In this document: positions 35,589 through 56,111 of the stretch, in pieces
Position numbering within the stretch: the first letter of the stretch is position 1
Layout of the letters: every line of letters begins with the position of its first letter
Assembly: GCA_039096225.1 (NCBI GenBank)
Contig: JBBPEB010000009.1
Location: forward strand, 558,001-622,000
Direction: 5' to 3'
Source of the DNA: Blastocystis sp. Blastoise
Lineage: Eukaryota > Protista > Bigyra: Opalinata
Length of the DNA: 64,000 nucleotides
Translations under genes and position numbers: made by a program
Notes under the pieces: model-generated
What the model saw: the letters and a program-made list of their open reading frames with translations, nothing else
The model's database searches: none
Told to the model about the DNA's origin: nothing

Positions 35589-37395
35589 ATGAGCATTTCT
35601 TCTTTATTTAAGAATCACACTAAATCGTTCCATAATTTCACGGAAGAGGAAATCAAGGAAATTGCCGAATGTCTAAGTGTATGGTATCAACAAAATCGTC
35701 GTCATCTGCCATGGAGAGGCGATAAACCTCCGTATACTATGTATGGTAATGCAGTAGAAAACATCAAAAAGAATAATTCAAAAAAGTTGGGTCAAAAAAC
35801 ACTTCAATCCTTTTTTACTCCTGTAGAATCTGCTGACAAGATCAAAAAAGAAAATGGAGATCATGAAACAAAATCGGAAGAACTGAAGGATAATGCAAAT
35901 CAGGATATTAGTGACGATTTACTTACTGTAACACCATATCATGTCTGGGTTTCCGAAATCATGTTACAACAAACAAGAGTCGATACTGTTATTCCAAAAT
36001 ATTTAGAATGGTAAAATGTAATTATTATCAATCATAAAATATTCTTTAGGATGAAGCGATTTCCTACAATTGCTGACTTAGCTAATGCTTCTGAAGATGA
36101 AGTTCAAGGAATGTGGTCTGGACTAGGATATTATCGTAGAGCGAAGTATTTACATCAAGGAGCACAAACAGTTATGAATAAGTATAATGGTATAATTCCT
36201 TCTACAACAAAAGAACTTCTGGATATTCCGGGAATAGGAAAATATACAGCTGGTATATAATTATATTATATTATATTATGTGTTGTTTTATTGTATATTA
36301 TTATGTTAGTCTATTATATATTATTATGTTATATTATTGTATATTATTATGCTATTTTATTATATATTATTATGTTATTTTATTGTATATTATATACTGT
36401 TATATATATAGGAGCTGTCAGTTCATTGGCATTTAATAATAGTGACGCACTCGTTGATGGAAATGTTCTTCGTGTATTTTCCCGTCTTCGTTTGATCTGT
36501 GCGTCTCCTGCGTCTACGGCTCTTAATAATTATACGTGGGAAGTATGTCCATCTTTTGTAAAACAAGGGGTTCCCGCGGTTATTAATCAAGGGTTGATGG
36601 AACTTGGCGCCATTGTATGTACTCCTAAGGCGCCAAAATGTGATATATGCCCTCTTCAAAAGTATTGCTATTGGAATTGTTATTGTAATGAAAAAGGAAA
36701 AAAGGAAGATATAGATATAGAAGATTGCTTACTCTGTGAACCTATCGATGAACCTATTACTGTTGAATCTCTTCCATTAACGGCTCCAAAAACGAAAGTT
36801 CGAGATCAATATATATATACTGTTCTCTTCTATAATAAAGAACAGAAAGAATATTATTTGGCACCAAAAGTTGAAAAAGGAGTTTTGGTGGGAAAACTAA
36901 AACCTATATATATAGAAGTATATATACAGCTATTTATGTTTAAATTCAATTATTTTTATTTCTATATATATTATATATAATATAATATATATATATATAG
37001 AAAAGGATGAATCGATAAGCGAAACTCAAGCAGCTGACGAGCTATATAATTATATTAAACAGCAAAATACAACATCTGAAACTCTTTCTAAACCGAAATA
37101 TATAGGTCAAATTACTCACAAATTCAGTCATATTCATCATTATATAAGTTTATATACAATTGATATTGATAAGAATTCTCTATCTATCCCAAATTACAAA
37201 TGGTATACTTATGATGCTATTCAGAAGCAAGGTCTCACAACATGGTTGAAAAAAATTATTGAGAAATATACTTCATTCACTTCTACAGGTACCATAGATT
37301 CTGTAGAGAAGAAGAATAAGAGAACAAATAATACAAATATATCCAGAAAAAGGAATAATAAAGTAATTGAAAGTGATTCTGAAAATGAAATATAA
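35589..37395 (+). CDS. MUTY: A/G-specific adenine DNA glycosylase (MutY/MUTYH)
   Basis: LPWR, VWVSEIMLQQT, WSGLGYYRRA, HhH IPGIGKYTAG, VDGNVLRV, ELGAIVCTPKAPKCDICPLQKYC (Fe-S cluster), HKFSH in a NUDIX-like C-terminal domain. Confidence 0.95.
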
Positions 37396-37588
37396 CTTTA
37401 TAGTTTTATTCTTTAATCCCAACTTTAAAGAATTATAGATATTCTTCTATTTGAATATATATATAATTGAGAAATTATAATAATATTATTGTTTTGTTTT
37501 ATATTATTATATTTATAAACAAAAACAAAATAAAAAATCGGCACAAGTCACATATTAAATAGATATAATATAATATATTTTATTATAT

Positions 37589-38991
<1,403 letters not shown>

Positions 38992-39698
38992 ATTAAATAA
39001 GCAATTAATTGATGAAAAACGACCAAATTATAAGAAACGAAGATTATATATAACAGTAAAATTGTGATCTTGTGATTGATTCTGTTTCTTCATATCATTT
39101 CATATTCTTTACTGATATCTAAATCTATGAAAGCGCATGAATTCACAAAAAATATCAAGAATCATTCATTTAAATTATTCAATTCGATCAATCATTCTTT
39201 TGTTATTATCAAATTCATTCTATATAATAGTATTCAATCAATTGTGGATTTAATTAATTGAATCTTCATCTTTTTCAACATTCTCATCTTGTTATTCAAC
39301 GACTTCTCGATCAGTTTTGGTTTAATACATAGCCTATTTGATATCAAATAATGAGTAATTACTTAAAAAAAAGTATAAAGGTTGTTTTAAGAAAAAAAAT
39401 AATTGAATTGGTGTTTTTTTAGTACAAATTTTATGTCACATAGATATCAAACTATTGAATTCTAGTCATTCATAAAATAAAGACACAATATATTTGAAGT
39501 TGATGAATGTTTAGTAAGTAGAAAATAATTGTTTTTAGTTAAAAGTATCTATTTGTGTATTAATAAAAAGTATCTAAAAAAAAAAAGGCAAACACAAATC
39601 AAAAATAGAAAAAAAAAACGAATAATACTATAAGTATAAAGAAAACTTGAACTTTTATATTAAAAACTATAGTATTATATTATTGATACATAAATCTT

Positions 39699-40857
39699 TT
39701 AGAAGAAGAAGAAGAAGAAAATAGTAATAAGAACAATAGAGAATGTAATAGAAGAACTTAGAATTCCATCATATTTAGAATCTTCAGCAATAAATATAAC
39801 ACGACTATTTTTATTTTCTGTTAAGAAATAAGATAAAGTAGGTATATCTTGAGGAGCTGAAGTACAAAAACAACCAAATATTTTCTTTGTACCTACAGCA
39901 GATTCACATTGTGATTTTGAAGTATAATATATATATGAAGATGCTGAGATATCTTGAGATAATACTTGGTATTCACCACTTGTAAGATAACCTAACTCAA
40001 GGTCAGAATGGCTCTATATATTATATATTATATTATATTTGATAAAACTTATACAATATATTGAATTATCTTGAAATAAATCTAATAAATAAAATAATAA
40101 AAATAATAAAAATAAAAAAAATATACATGAGTATAAGATTGTAAAGCTTGCATAGAATCAATTTCTGCATCAGAAGAAACCATACAGTAACTATTCACAG
40201 AACCAATAGGTCTTGAAGTAATAAAAGTACTAATTCTAGCAGAATTACCATATTTGGCATCACGTAAAAAGAATAAATCTGAGATATCACAAGTACCTTG
40301 TTGAACACATTTAAGAGCTTCATCATCATTAGAATAAAATTTACGATCTATAGTAATTGTTCCATAATTCTTAGCAATTCGAGCAATTATAGCATCAAGT
40401 AATTCATAGAAGAAACCATCAGCATAATATGTATCAATGTAAGGTAAGTCGGTTATATAAACAGAAGCAACAACAATCTTTCCACGACTTATAATCCTTG
40501 CAAGTCTTCCATTAGCTTCAGGCATTGAGCTAACTATATATTATTAACATATATATCTATGAGTATTATAGTTTCAGAAAAAATATGTGTTCAGAAAGAC
40601 AAGAATAAAAGCATACTTGAAGAACCAGATGGAAGATCAAAATTAGTGATTCCGTATCTGTCTCTCATTGATTGGAGTGTTCCATCTTTTATAAACTCAT
40701 TGACAGTGTAGTCTATGGCTTCTTTAAGAGTATTGACACTACTCTGAGTAGATTCAAAACTAACAGAAAGAGTATCTTGATCCCAGAATCCACGAGGATT
40801 AATGCTTATCGCAGAAACTATAAAAGCTAACAGAATAAATAAAGTAATCGTTCTCAT
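39699..40857 (-). CDS. Surface protein resembling bacterial periplasmic solute-binding proteins (family 3/PBP2-like), with signal peptide and GPI-like tail
   Basis: MRTITLFILLAFIVSA signal; GRLARIISRGKIVVA..LPY..DGFFYEL..ALKCVQQGTCD; C-terminus ...SITFSIVLITIFFFFFF then TAA. Two GT-AG introns. Confidence 0.65.
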
Positions 40858-41361
40858 AGTTAAAAAAAATATGTTTATGATTTCCAGAAAAAACTCTGAT
40901 AATCAAGAGAAACGAACGGTTTTTAAAATAACTTTTTTTTTCTTCATTTCAAAAAATAAATAGTTGATAAATAATATAAATAGAATGGTATAATCTTTTG
41001 ACAACCGATATAAGTCAATATAACTCTCTATTCACGTCTGTGGTTGATTGATTAATAGATTTATTGGTTGAATTACTTTAAACTAACTCTGTAAAAAAGA
41101 TAAATACGTGAATTGTATGGTATATGCTTAAAATCAATTTTGAAACATAGATGTTTGTATGTAATGTGAATCATTAGGTTTTCATTTAACTTTAACGTAG
41201 GAAATTTTGAAATATATTATATAAAGATATAAATAATGCTTATGTGTTGATAATAAAGATTAAATAGGAACTCTAGAGATAATAAAAACAAAACAACATT
41301 TTATTTTCGTTAAAACTTAGATGAATCATCTATTCATTATTATTATTTAAACTATTAAAGT

Positions 41362-41887
41362 TTAATTCTTCTTAGGAGGTTGAACAATACCATCTTGAAC
41401 TAAGTCAATACACATTTGTTTCTTAGCATCCTTAGTAGTAAGATTATACATCTATATAAGATTATAATAAATAGAAATAATAATAATAATTATTATTATC
41501 TAACTACATACTTCTTCTAAAGCTTGAGGATAGAATTCTTTATAAACTTGATCAACAGTCTTTTTAATATCATCAGCATTATTATTTAATTCAAAAAGAG
41601 TAGAAATAGTAGATAATTTCATTAAATTAGGATAATCTTCAAAGATAACTTGTCCCCAAATAGTAAGAAGAGCTTCTTTACATACTTTTGTTCTATAGAT
41701 CATTCTATATACAGGGTAATCAAGATGACTATCACGTTCAGATTGAAGAGTAATAATGACTTCAACAGGTTTATGAATATCATATTTAGTTAAAGTATTA
41801 ATCCAAATAGAGAATGTTTTACCTTCATATCCATATTCATTACCAGACCATTTATGACTTTCACCAAATTCATTAGGAACACCATAC

Positions 41888-41953
<66 letters not shown>

Positions 41954-42792
41954 TAAATAGAATACATACAACATTATATTTAAATTCTTCATCATTAACA
42001 GTAACACTAGCAGCAGGATATTGATTGAATAAACGGAATCTATAAGCACGTGATTCAAGAGCACCTTCATAACCGTCACCTTCAACAGGATTAATAGTGA
42101 TTCTAATATGAGTACTATCAATTTGTTCATAATCTACATTCGTCTTATAATAGTTTCCTTTATATATATCTGTATTCTTTCCTTGATCATCTATATACCA
42201 AGTATGATGAATCTGATTATCATCAATAGGATAAACATTAAATAACATCATTTCAGGAGAACGAGAAGCAGCTCCTTCAAGTTTATTATTATCTAATTCC
42301 ATCATAGGAATAATACTACCTTCTTTAGCATATACAGGGGTTTCGGATAAAGTGAAATTCATAGAATATTCAATACCACCATAATTCTTAAGACCAGTCT
42401 TAAAATCATAATAGGTACCTTCAGGAAGATAAATACTATAGAAAAATAATAATAATAATAAATATTAATAATAATAATAAAAAATGTTAATAATAATAAT
42501 AATATATATATATATATATACTCTCGAACAGCAAGATCATGAAGGTCACTCCATGATTTATCAAGAACAGGAGCTACTACGATATCATCACCAAACATAT
42601 ATATAGTGTTATATTTATAGGCATTATCACTAAGAGGGTCTTCATAATATAAACCACGAATATAAGATAAACCTATATAATAATAATAATATATAATTAA
42701 TATACAATACATAATATATAATAATAATAATATATACCGGTTTCATAAGCTTCAACTGAACTCTTATAAAGATAAGGAACAAGACGTTCACC

Positions 42793-42861
<69 letters not shown>

Positions 42862-43963
42862 TATATATACGAAGTCTATAGTCTCTCTTCATAAATTTAG
42901 CATAAGGATCAGGGAAAGCAAAGAAAGCGTGTTCTTTAGCCCATTTAGTACTATGAGTTCTATATATATAATTATAATAATTATACATTTTTACAATTTA
43001 ATTATTACTTAATGTAATATATGAAAAAGAAGAAAATAAATAAATAATGATATATATAACTATATATATATATATACCTAAGAGAATGACTCCAGAGACC
43101 TAATTGAATCCAACGAGTGTTTAATTCAGGATATTTCTCCTATATATATATCATTAATATATAGAATACTTATGTAATCAATAAGAATAGGAAAAGACTT
43201 GAAGAAGTAGATATACATACAACACCGTCATTCTATATAGATATATATATAGTATATTTCTTATATAATAATATGTATAATAATCAATTATAATAATAAT
43301 AATAATAATAATAATATATACAGGATTATGACCACCTAAATCATGTCCCCATTGATAAGCAACATTAGCAGCATATATTTCAAATTCAGGCTGGAATTTC
43401 AATGTTTCCCAAGAAGTAGTAGCATCTCCAGAGAAGCCGATAGGATAACGATGAGAACCGAGACCTCCGAAACGACCCATAATAAAGGGACGATCTTCAT
43501 TAGACCAACGAGTCCTATATTATATATATAGAGATATATCATAATAAATATGTATGGTAATATAATATATAGTAATATAATAATAATAATATATAATAAT
43601 AATATAATATATACTTAGAAGTAAACCAAGTATAATCAGTCCAGAAAGTGGGATTTACATTACGATAAGTAGTAGTTTCACCTTGTTGGTAATCAATCCA
43701 CCAAAATTCCATTCCTCTATCGTGGAAAGGTTGAAGAATGATCTTAAATAAGTTTTCAGCATATTTCAGATCAGTGATATTCCAAGGAACAGTCTCTCCT
43801 TTTTCAGGATCATAACCCATAGCTATAGCCATTTCCTTATAGAATTCTTCATAGAATTGAATACCTCCAGCAGGATGAGTATTAAGAGTGGTGTATATAT
43901 TACGTTGTTTCATATAATTCATAAGATGAGAAGGAGAAGGGAATTCAGCATCATACCAAGTAA

Positions 43964-43999
<36 letters not shown>

Positions 44000-45185
44000 A
44001 TTGATTATATATATAGAATTATACCCTGACCATCCATTAACAGATACATTATAAGGATTAGGGAATCCATGGTCATAACTATATATATATATATATATAT
44101 ATAACAGATAATATATATATATATTATATATAATATATATATATATATATATATTATATATAATATATATATATACCTCTTATGGAAGTCCATATCAATA
44201 ACCATCATATCAATGGGAACACCCGCAGTAGCGAAATCCTCAAGGATAATCTCACGAAGGTCTGTTTCTGTCCAACTATATATATATATAATAATAATAA
44301 ATATACTATATATAATAATAAATATAATAATAAATATACTATATATAATAAAAATATAATAATAAATATAATATATATATACGCATGATATTTACAATAC
44401 CAAGAACCAAGGGAATACTTTGGAATAATAGGAATAGGACCAGAAAGAGTAGTATAATCCTTAAGTGCTTGTTTATAGTTATAACCATGTCCAAAGAAAT
44501 AAAAATCATGATATAATTGTTTATCATCTTTATCATAAGCTTCAGGAATAACACCTTCAGTCCACATCCATTCAGAATTATCTGTGAATCTGGGTCTACG
44601 ATCATCAACAATAATAGTCCAACCATTACGAGAAATAACACCCTTCTCACAGAAATTATCACTATCCCATGATTCACCTATTTATTTATATAAAAATAAT
44701 TATAAAATATAATTATAATGATTCTATCTATATTACATACGTGTACAATCCATTCCAGTACTACCATTAACACCATCTAATGTTCTAATAGCACCATTTA
44801 ATCTTCCAGGATTAGCCATACCAAAGTGCCATTCTACTTTTTGATCTAATTTCATAGTAATTTTTAAAGCAGCAGGATCAGTAACAATACCAACAGTAGC
44901 ATTATATTCAAGAACAAGAGCATCAGTTTCAATCTTAAGGAAATCACTTCTTAATTCTTTAGTAAACTTAGGAACATCAAGATTTCTATTAAGAATAGCA
45001 AAAGAAGGTTCATCGTGGAATTTAGGAGTTTCTAATTCGGAATACTCAACACGAATAACATAGGGAGTAAGAACAGTGAATCTAGCACGATTTAAAACAA
45101 TAATAGCATCAGGATTTGCAATAGGATCAAATCCTTCGAAAGCGAAGCAAGCGCAGAATAACAACGCAAGAACAATAAATTTCAT
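41362..45185 (-). CDS. Secreted glycoside hydrolase family 31 (alpha-glucosidase/xylosidase-like)
   Basis: Signal peptide, ARFTVLTPYVIRVEY, YFFGHG, PKYSLGSW, VIDMDFH, GWSGFTW, FWWIDYQQG (nucleophile), HRYPIGFSGD (acid/base), HDLGGH, YMFGDDIVVAP. Confidence 0.92.
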
Positions 45186-45908
45186 TCTTAACAAAGGAAT
45201 AAAAGATTTATGTTAGGAACAAAGAAATAACAAACTTTTGTAATTTAATCTCATTTCACAAAACTGAGATTATCGGAAGGGTAGACCCCAAAATAATTGG
45301 ATATCTTGCCGATGACGCTAAAGGTAGAAATTATTCTATTGGTTTCAAATTCATATGAGGTTTCTTGTTTGGAATAAAATTTTATTATTCATTTGCTCTC
45401 TCCTATGACTTTAACACAATTATTTTATTGGTTGAACCAATTAAGAAGATGTTTTTGATACGTTGCTGAAATGGTTCATGCCTATTTTTCATTATTATTA
45501 AAGCTGAAGAAAAAAGAAGCATTTAAAAACATTGTGTAAGATCCAGAATTATTATTTAAATGCAAAAAATATGTTTATTTCGATATAGAGAATATTACTT
45601 TGTCTGTGGCTGATTAGTGTTGAGAAATATATTTCGTTGTTAAAACAAAATGGAAACATTTGAAAGAAGTAGCTTGTAAAAAGGGAAGATTAAAAAATAA
45701 AACAATATTTATATATGAAATGAAAGCGAAGATCATCTTTGATAAACATAAAGAAATAAATGGAGAAAAGAAGAAAATGTTTAAAAGAAAAAGAAGAGGA
45801 CTAGAACTATTAAAAATTGATACAATAATATAAATAAATATATATAAAGATGGAATAAAGGTTAGTAAGAAAATTAATAACAGAAAAATATATATGAAAA
45901 AGCAATAC

Positions 45909-48189
45909 TTAATGATAAACTTCAATTTCTTCAACAACAAAATAGTTTTTATTAATTTCATTATTTGTGTTTACAAATAGCGAACAACCTTTGTTAGTAG
46001 TATTAAAGAATCCAATATTACCATTAAATGAAGTAAAGCTATCATTATTTTCATTAGAATTATTAGCAATATATAAATCTCTTGAATCTTTTCCATCATA
46101 ACCAAATTGAATATGACTATTTTTACTATTGACTATACTCCAATTATCATTATTAGGGAAGAATCGAGTAGGAGGAATATTAAAACTATTCTTTAATGTA
46201 AATAAGAAACTATTTGGATCAAATTGACCATATAATACTTTATATATAATATATAATATAATATATAATATAATATATAATATATAATATAATATCATAG
46301 TATATAATATAATAGTATATAATATAATAGTATATAATATTATATAAGATATATAAACATTATTATATATATATACTATCATCATTGGGTGAGAACCAGG
46401 AGAGAGATGTATACCCTCCAAATAAGTTATATATATGATTATTTTTATTCACTGTTTTTATAATAACAATAGTACCAGGGATATTATCGCAACGTGAATG
46501 AAAAGCAGAAGAAGAAAAACCATCTCTTGTAGCTCTATTATACATATATATGTTAATAAAATAATAATATATTTATTTATGTATATATAGAAAAGAAACT
46601 TAATAAATAGTGATGAATACTAATTGTTGATTCTATATTCTAAATAAATACTTATAGAGCAGACTATGTTTGTTATTATTCCCTAACCATGATAATATAT
46701 ATTGACAATAATAATCCGTTAATAATTGACTTCCAGCGAAATATTCACTTGCACAATACTCTGTAGAGTCCTATATGAATAATAATAATTATTAGCATTA
46801 TAAATATAATAAGTAGTATAATAGTAATAATATTAATTTTATTTTCTAACTATATCTTAGAATAATATATATCAAATATATAGATATCAAATAAAAATAA
46901 TTTAATATATATATATACTTGTCTTGGAGATGCAGGAGAGAGAAGAAACGGAGAAAATGGATTATCGAAGAAGGTTAAATTGGTAGATTTTATAGTATTT
47001 GTTATGGATTTTATATAAGGCATCTAATATAGAGATAATAATAGACAGAGTTATATTTTAAATATATAATAACATATAATAATGATATTTAAAATATAGA
47101 TAATAATATGTAATAATGATATTTAAAATATATATAATATGATTATGATAATAATAAATAAAGAAACTATTAAAAAAAAAAACTATTAATAAAAAAAAGC
47201 AATTAATAAAAAACACAAATTATAAATAATATTAAGAATACATAAATACTTGTAGAATAGTATGAATAGTCGGACGATCGGATATATTATAAGAAAGAAG
47301 ACTATTCACAAGTTGAATTAATTCTTTGGAATAGAATGAATTATTATGTAATATATATTGTTTTGTATTAATAATCTTATGAGATAATTCAACTTCATCT
47401 TTAATATCTTCGAAAGGAAGTTGTTTCTCTATTAAAAAAAATAATATAATTCCTAATGACCAAATATCATCCTATATAGATATTATTTTAAATAGATATT
47501 TTAAGACATAAAAATAAAACAATATATACCGCCTTTTGATATTGATGAAATTGGATCATTTGGGGTGACAAATAAGGTAAAGAATCGAAAGAAAAAGAGA
47601 TTCCACATAAATCCTGATACATCTCGTAAGGTATACCATATCCAGCTATTCGTAAACAAAAAGTAACACATAAATTATATAAAACAATATACTTAATTTA
47701 ATAATTCCATCATTAGTACATAAAATATTCTGAGGTTTCAAATTCTATATTATAGAAAAGTGAAATAAATATATTAGCATTCAGAATAAAAACCTATATG
47801 CATACAAAATAAGGTATATTGTTATCATGTAATTTTTTAAGTCCTAAGAGACATGCAAGAAGTATCAATTGTATTTGTTGTTCCGTCAAAGGTTTCTCTG
47901 AAGAAAACAATTTTTCATTTAATGAAACGCCATTCACAAATTCGGACACAATCCATATTCCATCACCTGAACAGAAACAATCCACAATAGGAGATACAAA
48001 ATGACTTGTGATAGAAGTCAAATAAAGAAAATCTTCACAAACACCTTGTAAATCACCCGTTGCATTGATAACTCTTATTGAATATAATTTATTTGTAGTC
48101 TTATGTCTTGCTCTATATGTTGTACCTAGTAAACCTTTTCCAAGGATTTCCAGGAGTTTGAAATCATTATTACGAAATCCAGAATGCAT
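45909..48189 (-). CDS. Pseudokinase fused to a C-terminal TLDc domain
   Basis: Kinase fold (LGKG, DIWSLG, RPT) with degenerate catalytic motifs, spliced in frame to LLYKATRDGFSSSAFHSRCD..FGGYT..SFLFTL..VEEIEVY. Confidence 0.85.
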
Positions 48190-49296
48190 AATTAGTGACT
48201 AATGAAATATGAAATGAAAATATTTTTATAGTTAATATTATTAATCAACAAATAAAGAAAAATGAATAACTTGACAAATTCCAGATTTTTTTCTTTAACA
48301 AAAATGACACATATACAAAATATAAGTGACAAATACGATGTATACAGAATTATCCAATAAGAAAGAGATTGCATATTTTATTATTAATATGTTTAAGATA
48401 ATGTCTAAATAAGTATATCTATTGGTCAAGAAATGATTATTATAATTGAAGCACCTTTAGAAACATTGAATTTATTGGTTCTAATTGCAAGAAAAGTATT
48501 ATTACAAATATTATTGGAAAACTCAATGACAGGTCGTTGGAAAGCAATGATGACACATAGAGTCACCAAATACTAAAACGAATTGTTTTTCCGTTTTTCC
48601 ATTTTAATTGTCTATAGAACTATTGATATTTATTCATTTTTGTATATACTGTCATTTATACTGGCTGATTCTGCAATATTTTACATATGAATATTAAATA
48701 CAAGGGAAATCAAAGAACAAATTGTTTTTATTTTTTTACTATTTTCATTTTATATTAATACATAGTATATATGATCATTTTTATTTAATGACAAAGTATC
48801 CAAAAATCATTTTTATAATAATTTTCTATATCTTCGCATTATAATATAAATAAAAATTATAAAATAAATTTTCACTTTAAATTTTTATAAATTTTTGTCC
48901 GTTATTGGTATTTTTTATTTTTAACTAATTTTTATAGAATGCGATTATAAATAATGTGTAGTTATATTGGTCTCTTTTTATATGCGAAATTGACTACATA
49001 ATGGAAAATAATAATCAAAATGATTTAAACAAAAATATTATTTATATAAAAAAAATTAACAATACAATGTAATAACGCAAAAGTACATATATCTAGTAAC
49101 AAATAAGAGCAGGAAAATCAATATCATAATGTATTTGAAATAAAAACCATGATAAAAATCAAGATACTTATAATAAATACTTAAATCATCCTAAAATTAA
49201 TATATAGAGAGAAATATATAAAAAAAAATAAAAATCAAAAATAGAAAATTTATTTTTTTACATATAATTATAAAAAAGAATGTATTATAAATAGGT

Positions 49297-54818
<5,522 letters not shown>

Positions 54819-56111
54819 ATCTTCTTTTAAATAAAGAAATTAATAAAATATGTTCAAAAAATTGGAACGAAATAAAAATATAGCCGCTTCTCTTCTAGAA
54901 TGGAAGAAAAGCTGTAACTTAAATTTTTTGATTATTTGAAAAGATTCATTGTAATGGATAGAATAATCATGTTTATTTGACAAACGTTCAGTCATTGAGA
55001 ATGGTAATCATTCGAATATAAAAAAGAAGAAATCAACATGTTTATCTGACCATTAGAATCTATATGTTCAGTGATTTTCTTGATTCATAAACTTTTCGTC
55101 CATTATTTGACACAAGCTCAAACTGAATTCATGGAGTCTGTCATTATTCATACCTTTTCAGACATTATTCAGAGCCTTCATTAGTCTCTGATTTTTTTTA
55201 TAGACGATTTTATCCATATTCTAGAATTTACTCTTTAAAAGTACAGTTTCTTTTAATACAACCATTAAATGTCTTCTTAATTCATAGCATATATTGAAAA
55301 AAGTTAAAGGTGATGTATAAATGATTGAGATGGAACTAAGTTATATATGTTTTGAATAGAAAATATTCTCTTTTATGCTTCATGGAATAACTTACGATAA
55401 GATTGAAATCTTGTTGATTATGAAAACAAAGAGAAATGGCGGCAAATGAATAACATTATTGTAATAGCATTTAGAATAGTAGGATGCCACCCTTATAATG
55501 ATAATGATGATAATAATAATAAATCTGAATATGATTTCTTTAGCTCTTCTGTGAATGGATATTTTTGATAAAAACAGCAGATTTATATTTAAATTGGATT
55601 AGAATGAATGAAAAATACTTTATAACTTAAGAAAAAGATAAATACAATCACAAGTTAAATAGAATCTAATTAAAGAAAAGATATAATTTTGAAATAATAT
55701 TTTTTTGAAACAATATAGATTGAGTTCAGATTATAAACATAGAAAATAGATTATGATAAGTATTGATAATAAAATTAAATATATAAACCCTATTAACAGT
55801 AAAAAACAAATTTAAGAATGAAGCAAAAATTGAATTTAATTAGTTTCTAGATATTAGAATATCTAGATGAAATAGATACAACATTACTATTTTTATAAAT
55901 TGGTTGTTATCAAGAATTAAGAAAGCAAAATATTTTAAAACTTAAAAATAAAATGATATAAAAATCCCCATGGGAAAATATATTATTTCTCGGTGAGTTG
56001 AATAATTTCCCAAAATTAAAACTAGGAAAGAGAAAAATTAAAAAGAGAAGAAAATTATAAGAAAAAGTAAGTTTTTTAATCTATTCTTTTTCATTGAGAG
56101 ATTTATTTTTT

